Source of the DNA: Candidatus Kapaibacteriota bacterium
GTDB taxonomy: Bacteria > Bacteroidota > Ignavibacteria > Kapaibacteriales > UBA961
DNA: 64,000 nucleotides
Direction of reading: 5' to 3'
Assembly (NCBI GenBank): GCA_049426725.1
Contig: JBMSYN010000003.1
Span: 42,066 to 106,065, forward strand
A program made the translations under genes and the position numbers. The notes beneath the pieces were generated by a model. That model searched no databases. It saw only the letters and a program-made list of their open reading frames with translations, and was not told where the DNA came from. This document shows, in pieces, positions 19,438-30,315 of the stretch (the first letter of the stretch is position 1; every line of letters starts with the position of its first letter).

Positions 19438-20319
19438 ATGAATCAAGCCATCTCCCATACCAATATACCAGGCATTCCGCTTTTTAGAAGGGGGAAAGTG
19501 AGAGATGTCTATGATTTAGGTAATGCTTTGCTGATTATTGCAACGGATAGGATATCTGCCTTTGATGTGATTATGCAAGATCCAATCCCAGGAAAGGGGG
19601 CATTATTGACAGAGCTCTCTCTTTTTTGGTTTGAAAAAACCCGCCACATCATTCAAAATCATATCATTAGCACTAATCCGGAAGAATACCCGGAGATACT
19701 CACACCTTATCGCTCCTTATTGGAAGGAAGATCAATGCTTGTCAAAAAGACAAAGCCGCTTCCTATTGAATGTGTGGTGCGTGGATATCTCGCAGGCTCC
19801 GGCTGGAAAGAATATCAACAAAATGGAAAGGTTTGTGGCATAGAGCTTCCTCCCGGTTTGCAGCAATCAGAGCAGTTGATGAATCCCATTTTTACTCCGG
19901 CAACAAAAGCAGAGGAAGGACATGATGAGAATATCTCACTTGAACAAGCGATTGAATTATGCGGTAACCGAGCCATTGAAGCAAAAGAGTATTCATTGAA
20001 ATTGTATTCCTTTGCTCATGACTATGCTTATAAACGCGGAATCATTTTAGCCGATACGAAATTTGAGTTTGGTGTGGATGAGCATGGTGATTTGATTCTG
20101 ATAGATGAAGCATTGACTCCTGACTCATCGCGCTATTGGCTTGAAGAGCGCTATCAGCTTGGTAATCAACAAGAGAATTTCGACAAGCAAGTTCTAAGAG
20201 ATTATTTGGAAACACTTGACTGGAATAAACAGGCTCCTTCACCCCTATTGCCTGAGCATATCATCGATGCAATCAGAGATAAGTATCAACAAGCTATTTC
20301 TATTTTGACAAAGAGTTAA
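19438..20319 (+). CDS. purC: phosphoribosylaminoimidazole-succinocarboxamide synthase
   Basis: GKVRDVY, DRISAFD and other SAICAR synthetase motifs. 293 aa. Confidence 0.9.
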   Translation: MNQAISHTNIPGIPLFRRGKVRDVYDLGNALLIIATDRISAFDVIMQDPIPGKGALLTELSLFWFEKTRHIIQNHIISTNPEEYPEILTPYRSLLEGRSMLVKKTKPLPIECVVRGYLAGSGWKEYQQNGKVCGIELPPGLQQSEQLMNPIFTPATKAEEGHDENISLEQAIELCGNRAIEAKEYSLKLYSFAHDYAYKRGIILADTKFEFGVDEHGDLILIDEALTPDSSRYWLEERYQLGNQQENFDKQVLRDYLETLDWNKQAPSPLLPEHIIDAIRDKYQQAISILTKS

Positions 20320-20325
20320 TCAATC

Positions 20326-21621
20326 ATGATTCAACGTTATACAAGACCCGAAATGGGTTCGATTTGGGAAGATCAAAACAAGTATTCTATTTGGCTGGAA
20401 ATCGAGATTCTTGCATGTGAAGCACAATCCGAACTTGGCCTTATTCCGAAAGATGATGTACGCATCATCCGAGAAAAAGCAAGATTTGATGTGGCAAAAG
20501 TGCTTGAGATTGAAGAGACAACTAAACATGATGTCATTGCTTTTTTGACAAATGTTGCTGAATATGTTGGACAAAGTTCACGATTCATTCACATGGGGAT
20601 GACTTCAAGCGATGTGCTCGATACATGCCTTGCAGTTCAAATGAAGCAATCCGGCGAATTATTGCTGCAATCTCTTCATTCTTTGAAAACTGTCCTTGCA
20701 GCTAAAGCAAAAGAATTCAAATATGCTGTATGCGTTGGACGCACTCATGGTATCCATGCTGAACCCACGACATTTGGATTGAAATGCGCATTGTGGTATG
20801 AAGAGTGCAAACGAAATATCACTCGACTTGAATTGGCGGTTAAACATGCAGCAACCGGCAAGATCTCCGGAGCTGTTGGTACATTTGAACATCTCTCTCC
20901 TTTTGTTGAAGAATATGTGTGTGCAAAGCTTGGCCTTTCTTTTGCACCGGTTTCGACTCAGGTCGTGCAAAGAGATCGTCATGCTGAGTTTTTGTCTGTT
21001 ATTGCAATCATTGGTTCTTCTTTGGAGAAAATTGCAACAGAGATAAGACATTTACAGAAATCGGAAGTATTGGAGGCAGAGGAGTTCTTCTCGAAGGGCC
21101 AAAAGGGAAGTTCTGCCATGCCTCACAAGCGCAATCCTATTGTATCAGAACGCATTTGTGGTCTGGCTAGATTATTGAGAGGGAATGCGATGGCTGCAAT
21201 GGAAAACAATGCATTGTGGCATGAACGCGATATCTCACACAGCAGCGTTGAGCGAGTGATTTGTCCGGATTCGACGATAACATTGGATTATATGTTGAAT
21301 CTCACAATCAACTTGATGGATAAATTGCTTGTTTATCCTGATACCATGAAGAGCAATATTGAAAAAACTTATGGTCTTGTGTTTTCTCAAACCATTTTAT
21401 TGGAATTTGTCAGACGAGGATTGACTCGAGAAGCGGCCTATGCCTTAGTGCAAAGATCTGCAATGAAAACATGGGAGGATAAAACTTCATTGCTTCTCAA
21501 TTTGACGCAAGACAAAGAAGTTGTTTCCATCATTTCTGAACAGGAACTTCGCGAAATATTTGGCAAGGGAACAACACTGCACAAGAGTGTTGACATCATT
21601 TTTGAACGCTGCGGATTATAA
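20326..21621 (+). CDS. purB: adenylosuccinate lyase
   Basis: 431 aa. Fumarate-lyase superfamily signature (SSAMPHKRNP). N-terminal RYTRPEM. Confidence 0.9.
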   Translation: MIQRYTRPEMGSIWEDQNKYSIWLEIEILACEAQSELGLIPKDDVRIIREKARFDVAKVLEIEETTKHDVIAFLTNVAEYVGQSSRFIHMGMTSSDVLDTCLAVQMKQSGELLLQSLHSLKTVLAAKAKEFKYAVCVGRTHGIHAEPTTFGLKCALWYEECKRNITRLELAVKHAATGKISGAVGTFEHLSPFVEEYVCAKLGLSFAPVSTQVVQRDRHAEFLSVIAIIGSSLEKIATEIRHLQKSEVLEAEEFFSKGQKGSSAMPHKRNPIVSERICGLARLLRGNAMAAMENNALWHERDISHSSVERVICPDSTITLDYMLNLTINLMDKLLVYPDTMKSNIEKTYGLVFSQTILLEFVRRGLTREAAYALVQRSAMKTWEDKTSLLLNLTQDKEVVSIISEQELREIFGKGTTLHKSVDIIFERCGL

Positions 21622-21655
21622 AAAAAAAGCCCTGAAGAAATTCAGGGCTTTTATG
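21621..21655. terminator. bidirectional rho-independent terminator between purB (+) and ftsZ (-)
   Basis: A-run, then stem AGCCCTGAA / TTCAGGGCT with loop GAAA, then TTTTAT. Reads as a hairpin followed by a U-run on both strands. Confidence 0.7.
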
Positions 21656-23095
21656 TTAATCCATGATCTTTCGCAAAAATGCCGGCTTTTCAACAACCGA
21701 AGATTTGGGGTCTCTGATGATAACAGGTTGTGAATTGCTTCTAACTCCTGCAGGTAAATCATTTACAGAATTAATTCTAATGGAACCACCATTTGCTTGG
21801 CGTACTGCATTTGGATCGCTACGGCGCATATATGCAGGTTGATTGCGAGTTATGGCTATTTGTGGTTCTTGTGACTTTTCTTGCGCGGCTTGAATGAGTT
21901 GAGGAGCAGATTGCTCATCATCAATGTCCCCATATACTTTCACGGGCTTGATATTCAATTTCTGTTGTCTTGGTTCAGGCTGTGCTTGAACCGGTATGGT
22001 TCTGATTGAAGGTGCTGAACTTGGAGTCGATGACAAAGGAATTGTTGTTTGCGTATTTGTGGGTCTTTCAATTGATTGCTGTGACGCCTGGACACTCATG
22101 TGAGGAGCAGTAAATGATGCTGGTGCTTGATATTGACCACGCTTGAAACCGGTTGCAACGACGGTAATCATCAATTTGTCATCAAGAGTTTCATCATAAA
22201 CAATACCATGAATGAGATTGACATCATTACCTGCACTTTCTTCTATGATTGATACAGCTTCGCCAATTTCATGCATGGTCATGCTGGCACCACCACTAAT
22301 ATTCACAAGTATGCCTTGTGCGCCGGTAATGGAAACACCTTCCAATAATGGAGAATTCAAAGCATTTTGTGCGGCTGTAATTGCACGATGCTCACCTGAT
22401 GCGATGCCTATTCCCATTAATGCATCACCCATGTCCTTCATGATTGAACGAACATCGGCAAAGTCAACATTGATATATCCATTTCCGGAGATGATATCAG
22501 ATATGCCTCTTGTCGCATTGTATAGTACATCATCAACTTTCTGAAATGCTTCTATGAAAGATGTATTGCGATCAATGATTGACAAAAGTTTTTCATTTGG
22601 TATCACAATCAAAGCATCAACATATTCTCTTAATTCATTGATGCCTTGCTCTGCAATATTTGCTCTTTTTTTCGCTTCAAAGTTAAATGGATTGGTTACG
22701 ATTCCAACAACCAATGCGCCAAGTTCTCGACCAATTCTTGCAACGACTGGCGCTCCGCCTGTACCTGTTCCGCCGCCCATACCGGCTGTTACAAAAATCA
22801 TGTCACTACCGGCTAAATGCTCACGAATATCATCGGCATTTTCTTCGGCTGCTTCCTTTCCAATTTCAGGTCTTCCACCGGCACCAAGACCTCTTGTGGA
22901 TTCTTTACCGATATGAAGTTTTGTGGAAGCTGAGTTTTTCGACAAAGCTTGAGCATCGGTATTCGCTGCAATGAAATCAACGCCGCTCAGACCTCGTTGA
23001 ATCATGCTATTGATGGCATTTCCGCCACCACCGCCAACTCCGATTACACGGATTTTTGCTCCGTAATTGGTTGAATCTGTATCAATAGTTATCAC
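21656..23095 (-). CDS. ftsZ: cell division protein FtsZ
   Basis: GGGTGTG tubulin signature (FVTAGMGGGTGTGGAPVVA). N-terminal IKVIGVGGGGGNA. Long Q/P/S-rich C-terminal linker and a conserved C-terminal peptide. Confidence 0.95.
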   Translation of the reverse strand: MITIDTDSTNYGAKIRVIGVGGGGGNAINSMIQRGLSGVDFIAANTDAQALSKNSASTKLHIGKESTRGLGAGGRPEIGKEAAEENADDIREHLAGSDMIFVTAGMGGGTGTGGAPVVARIGRELGALVVGIVTNPFNFEAKKRANIAEQGINELREYVDALIVIPNEKLLSIIDRNTSFIEAFQKVDDVLYNATRGISDIISGNGYINVDFADVRSIMKDMGDALMGIGIASGEHRAITAAQNALNSPLLEGVSITGAQGILVNISGGASMTMHEIGEAVSIIEESAGNDVNLIHGIVYDETLDDKLMITVVATGFKRGQYQAPASFTAPHMSVQASQQSIERPTNTQTTIPLSSTPSSAPSIRTIPVQAQPEPRQQKLNIKPVKVYGDIDDEQSAPQLIQAAQEKSQEPQIAITRNQPAYMRRSDPNAVRQANGGSIRINSVNDLPAGVRSNSQPVIIRDPKSSVVEKPAFLRKIMD

Positions 23096-23269
23096 ATTTC
23101 CCCCCGGAAAAGTGTAGGAAAATTAGTTATTGTCATTTGGATATAAAGCATTTTAAGCATACGAAACCGTTGCTGAAAATACAAGAGAGTGAGAAAATGC
23201 ATGGTCGATATATTGGCTGCACAACATATCATGCGCAGCAATATAGGAATTCAGCGAGCAAAAGTCAAA

Positions 23270-24550
23270 TTAAAGTTCATCAAAAAAAGTAAAAAATCTT
23301 TTGATGAATGATTGCTTGCCCTGTTGTTCTTGTTGTGGAGCTTCTTCACGGGGCTCTTGTCCGGTAGGTGATTGTGGGGTTGTTTTTTGCATTTCTGCAT
23401 CTTTGAAAGATTGCAATAGGAGTCCTATTGAAGTAGAAAACATTGGATGTTCTATCTCGGCTCCAAAGCCTCCAAATTGGCTTCCATTGGGGATTCCAAG
23501 CTTGACCGGCATACCAAAAATCCTTGAAGCCAAATCATCAGAGCCGTGGAGTAGTGCGCTTCCGCCTGTCAAAACAATTCCTGCTGGCAATCTGTGGATA
23601 TAGCCGGATTTTCGTAGTTCCTCAAAGCAAAGTTCAAAGATTTCTTCTAGTCTAGGACCAATGATTCTGGCAAGTAAACTCTTATTGATTTCCATTGGAT
23701 TTCTGCCGCCGATGCCGGGAATCATGATGGTTTGTTCATTCAAGATACTTTCCACGGTTGCATGACCAAAATCTCTTTTCAATCGTTCGGCTTGATTATG
23801 CAAAATTCCCAATCCCGTTGAAATGTCTTCAGTGATTTGATTGCCTGCAAGAGAGATGATAGAAGCGTGACGTATGACATTGTCTCTAAACACCGCGATG
23901 TCTGTTGTTCCACCGCCGATATCAATCAAGGCAACTCCCACTTCTTTTTCATCATTATCAAGAATTGCCGTGCTTGATGCTATAGGTTCCATAACCATAT
24001 CGATTACTTGCAAACCGGCTCTTTCAATGCACTTTTGCAAATTTTGAATGGCAGAAAGCAGTCCTGTTATGACATGAACATTTGCTTCCATTCGAACACC
24101 ACTCATGCCGATTGGATCAGTCACGCCATCTTGTCCATCAATGATGTATTCTTGTGGAAGTATGTGCAGGATTTGTCTATCAGCGGGTAACTTGACATTC
24201 CTTGCATCGTCAATGATGCGTTGAATGTCTGATTGTGAAATCTCTCTTGTTGCATTTGGTATTGCAATGATTGACCTGCTGAGAAGTGATTGTATGTGGT
24301 CGCCGGCAATGCCCACAGAAACCTGTGAAATCTGCACACCAGCTTGTTGTTCGGCAACTTCAACTGCTTTCCTGATTGCCTTGACTGTTTTGTCGATATT
24401 GATTACAACCCCTTTTTTCAAGCCCTCATTGACGGATGCTCCTACTCCCAAGATGTCAATCCCGCCTTGCGCACCACTTGTTGATGCAATCAATGCAACC
24501 ACTTTTGTTGTTCCAATATCCAATACTGCTTTGAATTGACCAGTAGCCAT
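23270..24550 (-). CDS. ftsA: cell division protein FtsA
   Basis: Actin-like ATPase motifs (LDIGTTKVVAL, DIGGGTTDIAVF). 426 aa. Directly upstream of ftsZ. Confidence 0.9.
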   Translation of the reverse strand: MATGQFKAVLDIGTTKVVALIASTSGAQGGIDILGVGASVNEGLKKGVVINIDKTVKAIRKAVEVAEQQAGVQISQVSVGIAGDHIQSLLSRSIIAIPNATREISQSDIQRIIDDARNVKLPADRQILHILPQEYIIDGQDGVTDPIGMSGVRMEANVHVITGLLSAIQNLQKCIERAGLQVIDMVMEPIASSTAILDNDEKEVGVALIDIGGGTTDIAVFRDNVIRHASIISLAGNQITEDISTGLGILHNQAERLKRDFGHATVESILNEQTIMIPGIGGRNPMEINKSLLARIIGPRLEEIFELCFEELRKSGYIHRLPAGIVLTGGSALLHGSDDLASRIFGMPVKLGIPNGSQFGGFGAEIEHPMFSTSIGLLLQSFKDAEMQKTTPQSPTGQEPREEAPQQEQQGKQSFIKRFFTFFDEL

Positions 24551-24574
24551 GGGTATATCCTCAATGTGTAGTCG

Positions 24575-25405
24575 TCAAGAATCCTTGCTTGCTAGCAGTG
24601 GTTGTTTCCCGATGACAATTTGATTTTTCCAACGAATGTCTACATATGTTGGATGACCCTGCCTTGTTGCTGAATGCACCATGTAGAGTCGTAATTTTTC
24701 AAGTTTTCTGTCTATATTCTCTGGCGTCCCAAACTTTATTTGTGTTTCTCCATCTGTCGTAATGAACGTGTATTCATTCTGTTTTTTGTCGATATCAATT
24801 TCAGACAGTAATTCTTGCAAACCCATGTCCTTCAATTTTGCCATCTCTATGATTGAAACAATACTCGAGAGCATCTTGCGATTGATCTTCGAACCTTCAT
24901 GTATGCCATGGACTATCGGTACATCTGATGTATGTGAAAATTTTTCATAGGGTAGTACAGTTCCTGTTGAATCCACATAATCAATCTTCCCCATGGACGA
25001 TGGAAATGCAATATAGGGTTGCTTTTCAGTTACCGTGATTTTTATACCCTTGATTCCACTAGTTTCTACAATGACATCCTTAACATAAGGGTGTTTCAGA
25101 ATTCTGTCTCTAATCACAGCAAGTCGCTTTGAAGATGCGCTTTGCGTTGTATCGGCAATTGTCAATGATGCCAATGAAAGAATCTCTTCATGACGCAATG
25201 CCTTGACACCTTCGATAACGATAGACTGCACATGCTGAGTTGATTTCCAGCGGATGGCTAAAATCAATACAGCAACAAGCACAAGTCCAACAACGATGAG
25301 TTGACTTATCGCTCCTGCCCTTGCTTCCGGATTCATATCCGTAGCATCGTCATTATGTGAAAAGAAAGTAAAGGACATCACAAATTCCGCATAGGATACA
25401 GCCAT
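24575..25405 (-). CDS. ftsQ: cell division protein FtsQ-like (POTRA domain)
   Basis: Single TM helix. POTRA-like region (IVIEGVKALRHEEI...). Position immediately upstream of ftsA. Start ambiguous (25405/25378/25336). Confidence 0.6.
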   Translation of the reverse strand: MAVSYAEFVMSFTFFSHNDDATDMNPEARAGAISQLIVVGLVLVAVLILAIRWKSTQHVQSIVIEGVKALRHEEILSLASLTIADTTQSASSKRLAVIRDRILKHPYVKDVIVETSGIKGIKITVTEKQPYIAFPSSMGKIDYVDSTGTVLPYEKFSHTSDVPIVHGIHEGSKINRKMLSSIVSIIEMAKLKDMGLQELLSEIDIDKKQNEYTFITTDGETQIKFGTPENIDRKLEKLRLYMVHSATRQGHPTYVDIRWKNQIVIGKQPLLASKDS

Positions 25406-25610
25406 TACACCGATGTAATAGGGGGAATGAATGCATCAACTATGAAGATACACGATTGTGAAATGAAGATGAATGAAACTATGCTGCAGAAACATTCAAA
25501 GGCAAACATACGAGACTAGGGCATGAATGACAAGAAAAAAATGACATCTAATTCTCTGTTTATTGATATGGTATCAATAGGAATGCAAAAGAAAATGTAT
25601 TTTACATCAC

Positions 25611-26900
25611 ATGAAAAAGCTTCACGGAAATACTACTATGTCTTCACGGTCTCGATTTGCTTGGTACATGTATGATTGGGCCAGCTCTGCATTCACAACA
25701 ACGGTGATCACAGTTTTTTTGGGTCCTTATTTAACATCGATTGCAATAACAGAAGCAGGAAATTCAGGTTTATTGCATGCCTTTGGGATACCAATAGCAC
25801 CTCAGTCACTGTTTCCTTATGCTGTATCTGCTTCGGTTTTCTTGCAGTTTTTATTGCTTCCAATTGTGGGACATGCATCTGATGGACCACTTGGTAAACG
25901 GATTGTCATTCTTTTATGCACAGCCATTGGTGCACTTGCAACAATGTCCATGTATTGGATTGAAGCCGGTAATGCATTGATGGGTGCCTTATTGTTCATT
26001 ATAGCAAATGGGGCTTATGGTTCATCTATAGTGGCATATAATGCAATGCTGAATGATGTTGCAAGTCATGATGAACGAGATCATGTGTCGTCACGAGGCT
26101 TTGCTATCGGCTATGCGGGTGGGGGCTTGCTATTACTGATGAATTTGGGTTTATATATTTCTCGAGAATCTTTGGGAATAGATGGCGGTCATGCAGTAAG
26201 AATTGCAATTGTTTCAGCAGGTTTATGGTGGGCTATATTTACTTTCATTCCTTTCTTGAAGATTCCAAAACGGGAGAAGCAAGAGAGTGGTGAAGGGCTT
26301 TTGGTATCGCTTGCTTCATTGAAGAGTATTCTCCATCAACCGAAAATTCTTCTATTTCTGATTGCTTTTTTACTGTTTAATGATGGGATTCAAACGGTTA
26401 TTTCCATGGCTGCGCAATTTGGAAGCGAAGAATTGCATCTACCATTGGAAACATTGCAAATATCGATTTTGCTCGTGCAAATCATTGCTGTTTTTGGTGC
26501 ATTGATGTTTGGAAAATTGGCGGAATCATCCTCGGCATTGAATATGCTCATGGTGAGTTTATTTCTGTGGATGAGCATCATTATATATGCTTATGCTTTT
26601 TTGCCACCGGGTTCATTCATTCACTTTTATCTATTAAGCGGAATCATTGCTTTGGTCTTGGGTGGAAGTCAATCGCTTGCGAGATCAATCTTCTCAAAAA
26701 TTATTCCGATGGGGAGTGAATCACGGTATTTTGGGATTTATGAACTTACGGATAGAGGTAGTAGTTGGCTTGGCCCACTTCTTTTCGGAATCAGCCTGCA
26801 GATGAGTGGTTCATATAGATCTGCACTGCTTGCTTTGATTGTCTTCTTTGTTTCAGGAATTTGCTTTCTTTGGCTCTTTTCAAGAAGGTATAAAGAATGA
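25611..26900 (+). CDS. MFS transporter (UMF1/Atg22-like)
   Basis: 12 TM helices. N-terminal FAWYMYDWASSAF motif typical of the UMF1 family. Confidence 0.65.
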   Translation: MKKLHGNTTMSSRSRFAWYMYDWASSAFTTTVITVFLGPYLTSIAITEAGNSGLLHAFGIPIAPQSLFPYAVSASVFLQFLLLPIVGHASDGPLGKRIVILLCTAIGALATMSMYWIEAGNALMGALLFIIANGAYGSSIVAYNAMLNDVASHDERDHVSSRGFAIGYAGGGLLLLMNLGLYISRESLGIDGGHAVRIAIVSAGLWWAIFTFIPFLKIPKREKQESGEGLLVSLASLKSILHQPKILLFLIAFLLFNDGIQTVISMAAQFGSEELHLPLETLQISILLVQIIAVFGALMFGKLAESSSALNMLMVSLFLWMSIIIYAYAFLPPGSFIHFYLLSGIIALVLGGSQSLARSIFSKIIPMGSESRYFGIYELTDRGSSWLGPLLFGISLQMSGSYRSALLALIVFFVSGICFLWLFSRRYKE

Positions 26901-26903
26901 AAA

Positions 26904-29708
26904 CTAGGGTTTGATAGCCTGGTCTATGAGATATAGTATTGAACGGTATACATTTCCTGTCCCTATTTGCATTCCCAATTCACAAGTGGGATTTATTGAA
27001 TAATATCCCAATACATTCCTTTGGGCAGAAATTTCTGCTCTCATATCCTTACATGCATGAACTACCAATTCCGGATGATGAAATCCATGGTCTCCGGCGA
27101 ATCCACAACATCCTACTGATTCCGGAATAAACACTTCCATTGCACAGCGTTCTGCAATGGCTTTTAATCTTTGTACTCCATGTTGCATTTGCAATGAACA
27201 TGGAGGATGCAAGATAGCAGTGCCTTTTATTGGTTGAATATTCAAAGAATCTAGCACAAGTTCAGCGAAATCTATGATATCGATCGTCTTCATGGATTGT
27301 TGAATATGTGCCTGACATGAATATGCATCCGTCAATAGCATTGCATTGCTCGGAATATCTTGCTTCCATCTATCCATCGCAATATTGCCGGATTCCGTAT
27401 CTCCTTTTGAGTCAAAAGCCAATCCACAGCATCGCTCTTCTATGGATGATGGAATTGAAATGGCTATTCCTGATTGCTGAGCCAATGACATGACAAGTTC
27501 GGGAAGTGACTGTAATGCACCCTCGGGTTTTGTGAAAAAACGCGTCGTGCATGATGGTATATAGTAAATTTCAGCATTTGGATTCATATGTGATATCGTA
27601 GTACTTATGCCTGGCATCGCAGGAATCCATTGTGGGATTTGTACGATATGTGAAAGAAATCCTGTTAGGGATTGCAATTGCTTTCCACCGATAATGTTTG
27701 AAACAACATGGCCAATTTTGAGTCCGGCTCGTATTGTAGCATCTCTTTTGTCAATGTGTTTAGCAGCCTTGTGATATGACTTCCCAAGCATCTTGTTTGT
27801 CTCAGCTCGTTTTGTCAGCATGTATTCTCCGGTATTGATGGTAACCGGACATGCAAGTGAGCATAAACCATCAGTTGCGCAGGAATCTATTTGGTGAAAC
27901 GAAGCAAACTCAATCAATTCATGCTTTGCTGTTTCATCCTTGACAAGTTTGATCTCTCTATCCAATATGATGCGTTGTCTGGGCGAAAGAGTGGAGTGAT
28001 GTGTTGGACAATGCGATTCACAATATCCACATTCGATACATGTGTCGATGATATCATGAACAATCGGAAATGACTTGACATTTTGCACATGCGCTAAAGG
28101 ATCATCATTGATAATGATTCCCGGATTGAGAATTCCATTGGGATCAAAAAGATTTTTTACTTCTTTCATCAATGCATATGCTTCTTCGCCCCATTCATGT
28201 GCAACAAAGGGAGCGATATTTCTACCTGTCCCATGCTCTGCTTTCATTGATCCATCATAGGTGTCTATGATGATGGTTGAAAGATCTTGCATGAATGCTC
28301 CAAATTGCTCGATATCTTCCTTTGTGTCAAATGCATGAGCAATCACAAAATGGAGATTCCCTTCTTTTGCATGACCAAATATGATTGCTTCATCAAAATG
28401 ATAAGCAGTAAACAATCTTCGTAAATCTCTGACAGCATCACTTAATGAATGAACTGGCACAGCGATGTCTTCATTGATTATCCCAGTGCCTTTGGCTCTG
28501 GATGCACCAATGGAAGGAAACATCCCTTTTCGAATTTTCCAATATTGATTTCTGGTTTTTACATCAGTTGTGAAATGAGGAGCTTCAATCAATGATAAAG
28601 AGTGTTGTATTTCATGGAATGATTGTATTGACTCCTGTAATGCTGACAAATCGGAAGATTGATACTCTATCAAAATGGCAGTTGCATCATGACCAAGATT
28701 TGAGATGATCAATGGAGCGCCCTCTTGCTTTTCAATCGACCGAAGAGCTTGCCTATCCATGATTTCAAGAGCAGCCGGATTAGTACTGGCGAGATTTGGT
28801 ATTGCCGAACAGGCCGCATCCATTGAATGAAAAAAGAGCATTGCTGTACTTGCAAAAGGTAGAGCAGGCAATGTATGCAATGTTGCTTTTGAAATAAATC
28901 CTAAGGTTCCTTCAGAACCAATGAGTAAGCGTTTGATGATTTGTGAAGGAGCATATTCATCCAAGAATGCATTTAAACAATATCCAACAGTATTTTTCAG
29001 GCGATATTTTTTGCGAATGATACTTGTCAACTCATCAGATTCACGGATGCGATCTCTTATGGAGATGATTCCATCATAGAGGGATTTGGAAAATTGTTTC
29101 AATACATCATCAGCATTAGGAAGTGCACTATCAAATATGTTTCCATCCGCCAATATGCATTCAATAGAAGAAATTGTATGATAAGAATTGAATTCAATTC
29201 CACAGCACATGCCGCTGGCATTATTTGCCAATATTCCACCCATCATGCATGCATTCATTGAAGCAGGATCCGGTCCAATTTTTCTTTGATGCTTTGCTAG
29301 TAAACGATTGACATGCCCACCAATAATCCCGGGTTGAACAGTGACGAGATTTGAATCAGAATTGAAAGAACAGTCCTTCCAATATTTTGAACAATCAATG
29401 ATGATTCCTGCTCCAACTGCCTGTCCTGAAAGTGATGTCCCGGCTGATCGAAATGTTAATCCGATGGAATGCTTTTTTGCCCAGTCGATCAAAAATACAA
29501 TGTCTTGTTTCGTTCTTGGAAAGACGATTCCTTTGGGTACAATGCGATATGCGCTTGCATCATGAGCATAGAGTAATCTCTGTGCCAGAGAAGTGAATAC
29601 ATCGTCCTTGGGGAATTGTTTTCTCAATTCTTTGAGAGCAGAATCATGTATGGTATTGATTTCAGACATTTGACGTAACAAAATCCTGATATAAACCAAT
29701 AAGCTCAC
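26904..29708 (-). CDS. FAD-binding oxidoreductase fused to Fe-S/CCG cysteine-rich domains (YdiJ/Dld-like 2-hydroxyacid dehydrogenase)
   Basis: N-terminal FAD-binding PCMH domain (YRIVPKGIVFPRTKQDI...SGQAVGAGIIID). Middle region has two 4Fe-4S Cys motifs (CIECGYCESHCP, CATDGLCSLACP). C-terminal CCG-type cysteine repeats. The real start may be 29666 (MSEINT). Confidence 0.8.
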   Translation of the reverse strand: MSLLVYIRILLRQMSEINTIHDSALKELRKQFPKDDVFTSLAQRLLYAHDASAYRIVPKGIVFPRTKQDIVFLIDWAKKHSIGLTFRSAGTSLSGQAVGAGIIIDCSKYWKDCSFNSDSNLVTVQPGIIGGHVNRLLAKHQRKIGPDPASMNACMMGGILANNASGMCCGIEFNSYHTISSIECILADGNIFDSALPNADDVLKQFSKSLYDGIISIRDRIRESDELTSIIRKKYRLKNTVGYCLNAFLDEYAPSQIIKRLLIGSEGTLGFISKATLHTLPALPFASTAMLFFHSMDAACSAIPNLASTNPAALEIMDRQALRSIEKQEGAPLIISNLGHDATAILIEYQSSDLSALQESIQSFHEIQHSLSLIEAPHFTTDVKTRNQYWKIRKGMFPSIGASRAKGTGIINEDIAVPVHSLSDAVRDLRRLFTAYHFDEAIIFGHAKEGNLHFVIAHAFDTKEDIEQFGAFMQDLSTIIIDTYDGSMKAEHGTGRNIAPFVAHEWGEEAYALMKEVKNLFDPNGILNPGIIINDDPLAHVQNVKSFPIVHDIIDTCIECGYCESHCPTHHSTLSPRQRIILDREIKLVKDETAKHELIEFASFHQIDSCATDGLCSLACPVTINTGEYMLTKRAETNKMLGKSYHKAAKHIDKRDATIRAGLKIGHVVSNIIGGKQLQSLTGFLSHIVQIPQWIPAMPGISTTISHMNPNAEIYYIPSCTTRFFTKPEGALQSLPELVMSLAQQSGIAISIPSSIEERCCGLAFDSKGDTESGNIAMDRWKQDIPSNAMLLTDAYSCQAHIQQSMKTIDIIDFAELVLDSLNIQPIKGTAILHPPCSLQMQHGVQRLKAIAERCAMEVFIPESVGCCGFAGDHGFHHPELVVHACKDMRAEISAQRNVLGYYSINPTCELGMQIGTGNVYRSILYLIDQAIKP

Positions 29709-30315
29709 TCACACACATTGCGGTTGCACCCCATAGATGATTCTTGGGATGAATCTCCCAGCAGGGAGCAAGTACCTCCATGTCCGGAGATCGCATTTTG
29801 GATACATGCTTTACTTCATGCATAAATGCCAAATCATGCAAAGAAATATAAAATGCTTCATCCACTTCTTGAGGATTTGGAAGAAGGTTTGGTTTTGAAG
29901 TGAGATGTCCAACAATGACATGCATCATCGAATGTGATGGAGGAACAAAGAGGGAAGACAAATTACCCAAGATGGAAATATGTTCACGAGCTATACCAAG
30001 TTCTTCATGAGTTTCACGAAGAGCAGTTTCAATGATGCTTTCATGTGATTCAGCTCTACCTCCAGGAAAACAAATTTGTCCTTTATGATGAGATACATGT
30101 TCGCTTCTGATTGTAAAGAGTAATTCCGTTCCAAACTCACCGGGAAAAAGCAAAGCCGCCACACCGGTTTGTTTTGCATCGGGAGGAGTCATTCGGGGTT
30201 CAAGGGTCTTGGCTCCTTGCACATAAGGACTCATTCTTTGTTGATACTCCCAGCCGGGCAATGGTTCCTGTAATCTTCTTTCAAGAAAGTCAATAAATGA
30301 AAGATGTGTATTCAT
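29662..30315 (-). CDS. NUDIX hydrolase (CoA pyrophosphatase-like)
   Basis: Nudix box GQICFPGGRAESHESIIETALRETHEELGI. Confidence 0.65.
   Translation of the reverse strand: MNTHLSFIDFLERRLQEPLPGWEYQQRMSPYVQGAKTLEPRMTPPDAKQTGVAALLFPGEFGTELLFTIRSEHVSHHKGQICFPGGRAESHESIIETALRETHEELGIAREHISILGNLSSLFVPPSHSMMHVIVGHLTSKPNLLPNPQEVDEAFYISLHDLAFMHEVKHVSKMRSPDMEVLAPCWEIHPKNHLWGATAMCVSELIGLYQDFVTSNV

Noticed and set aside
22212-22974. Three plus-strand ORFs (110, 120 and 95 aa)
   Set aside because: Antisense to ftsZ, which is unambiguous. They are low-complexity translations of the GGGTGTG-rich region.
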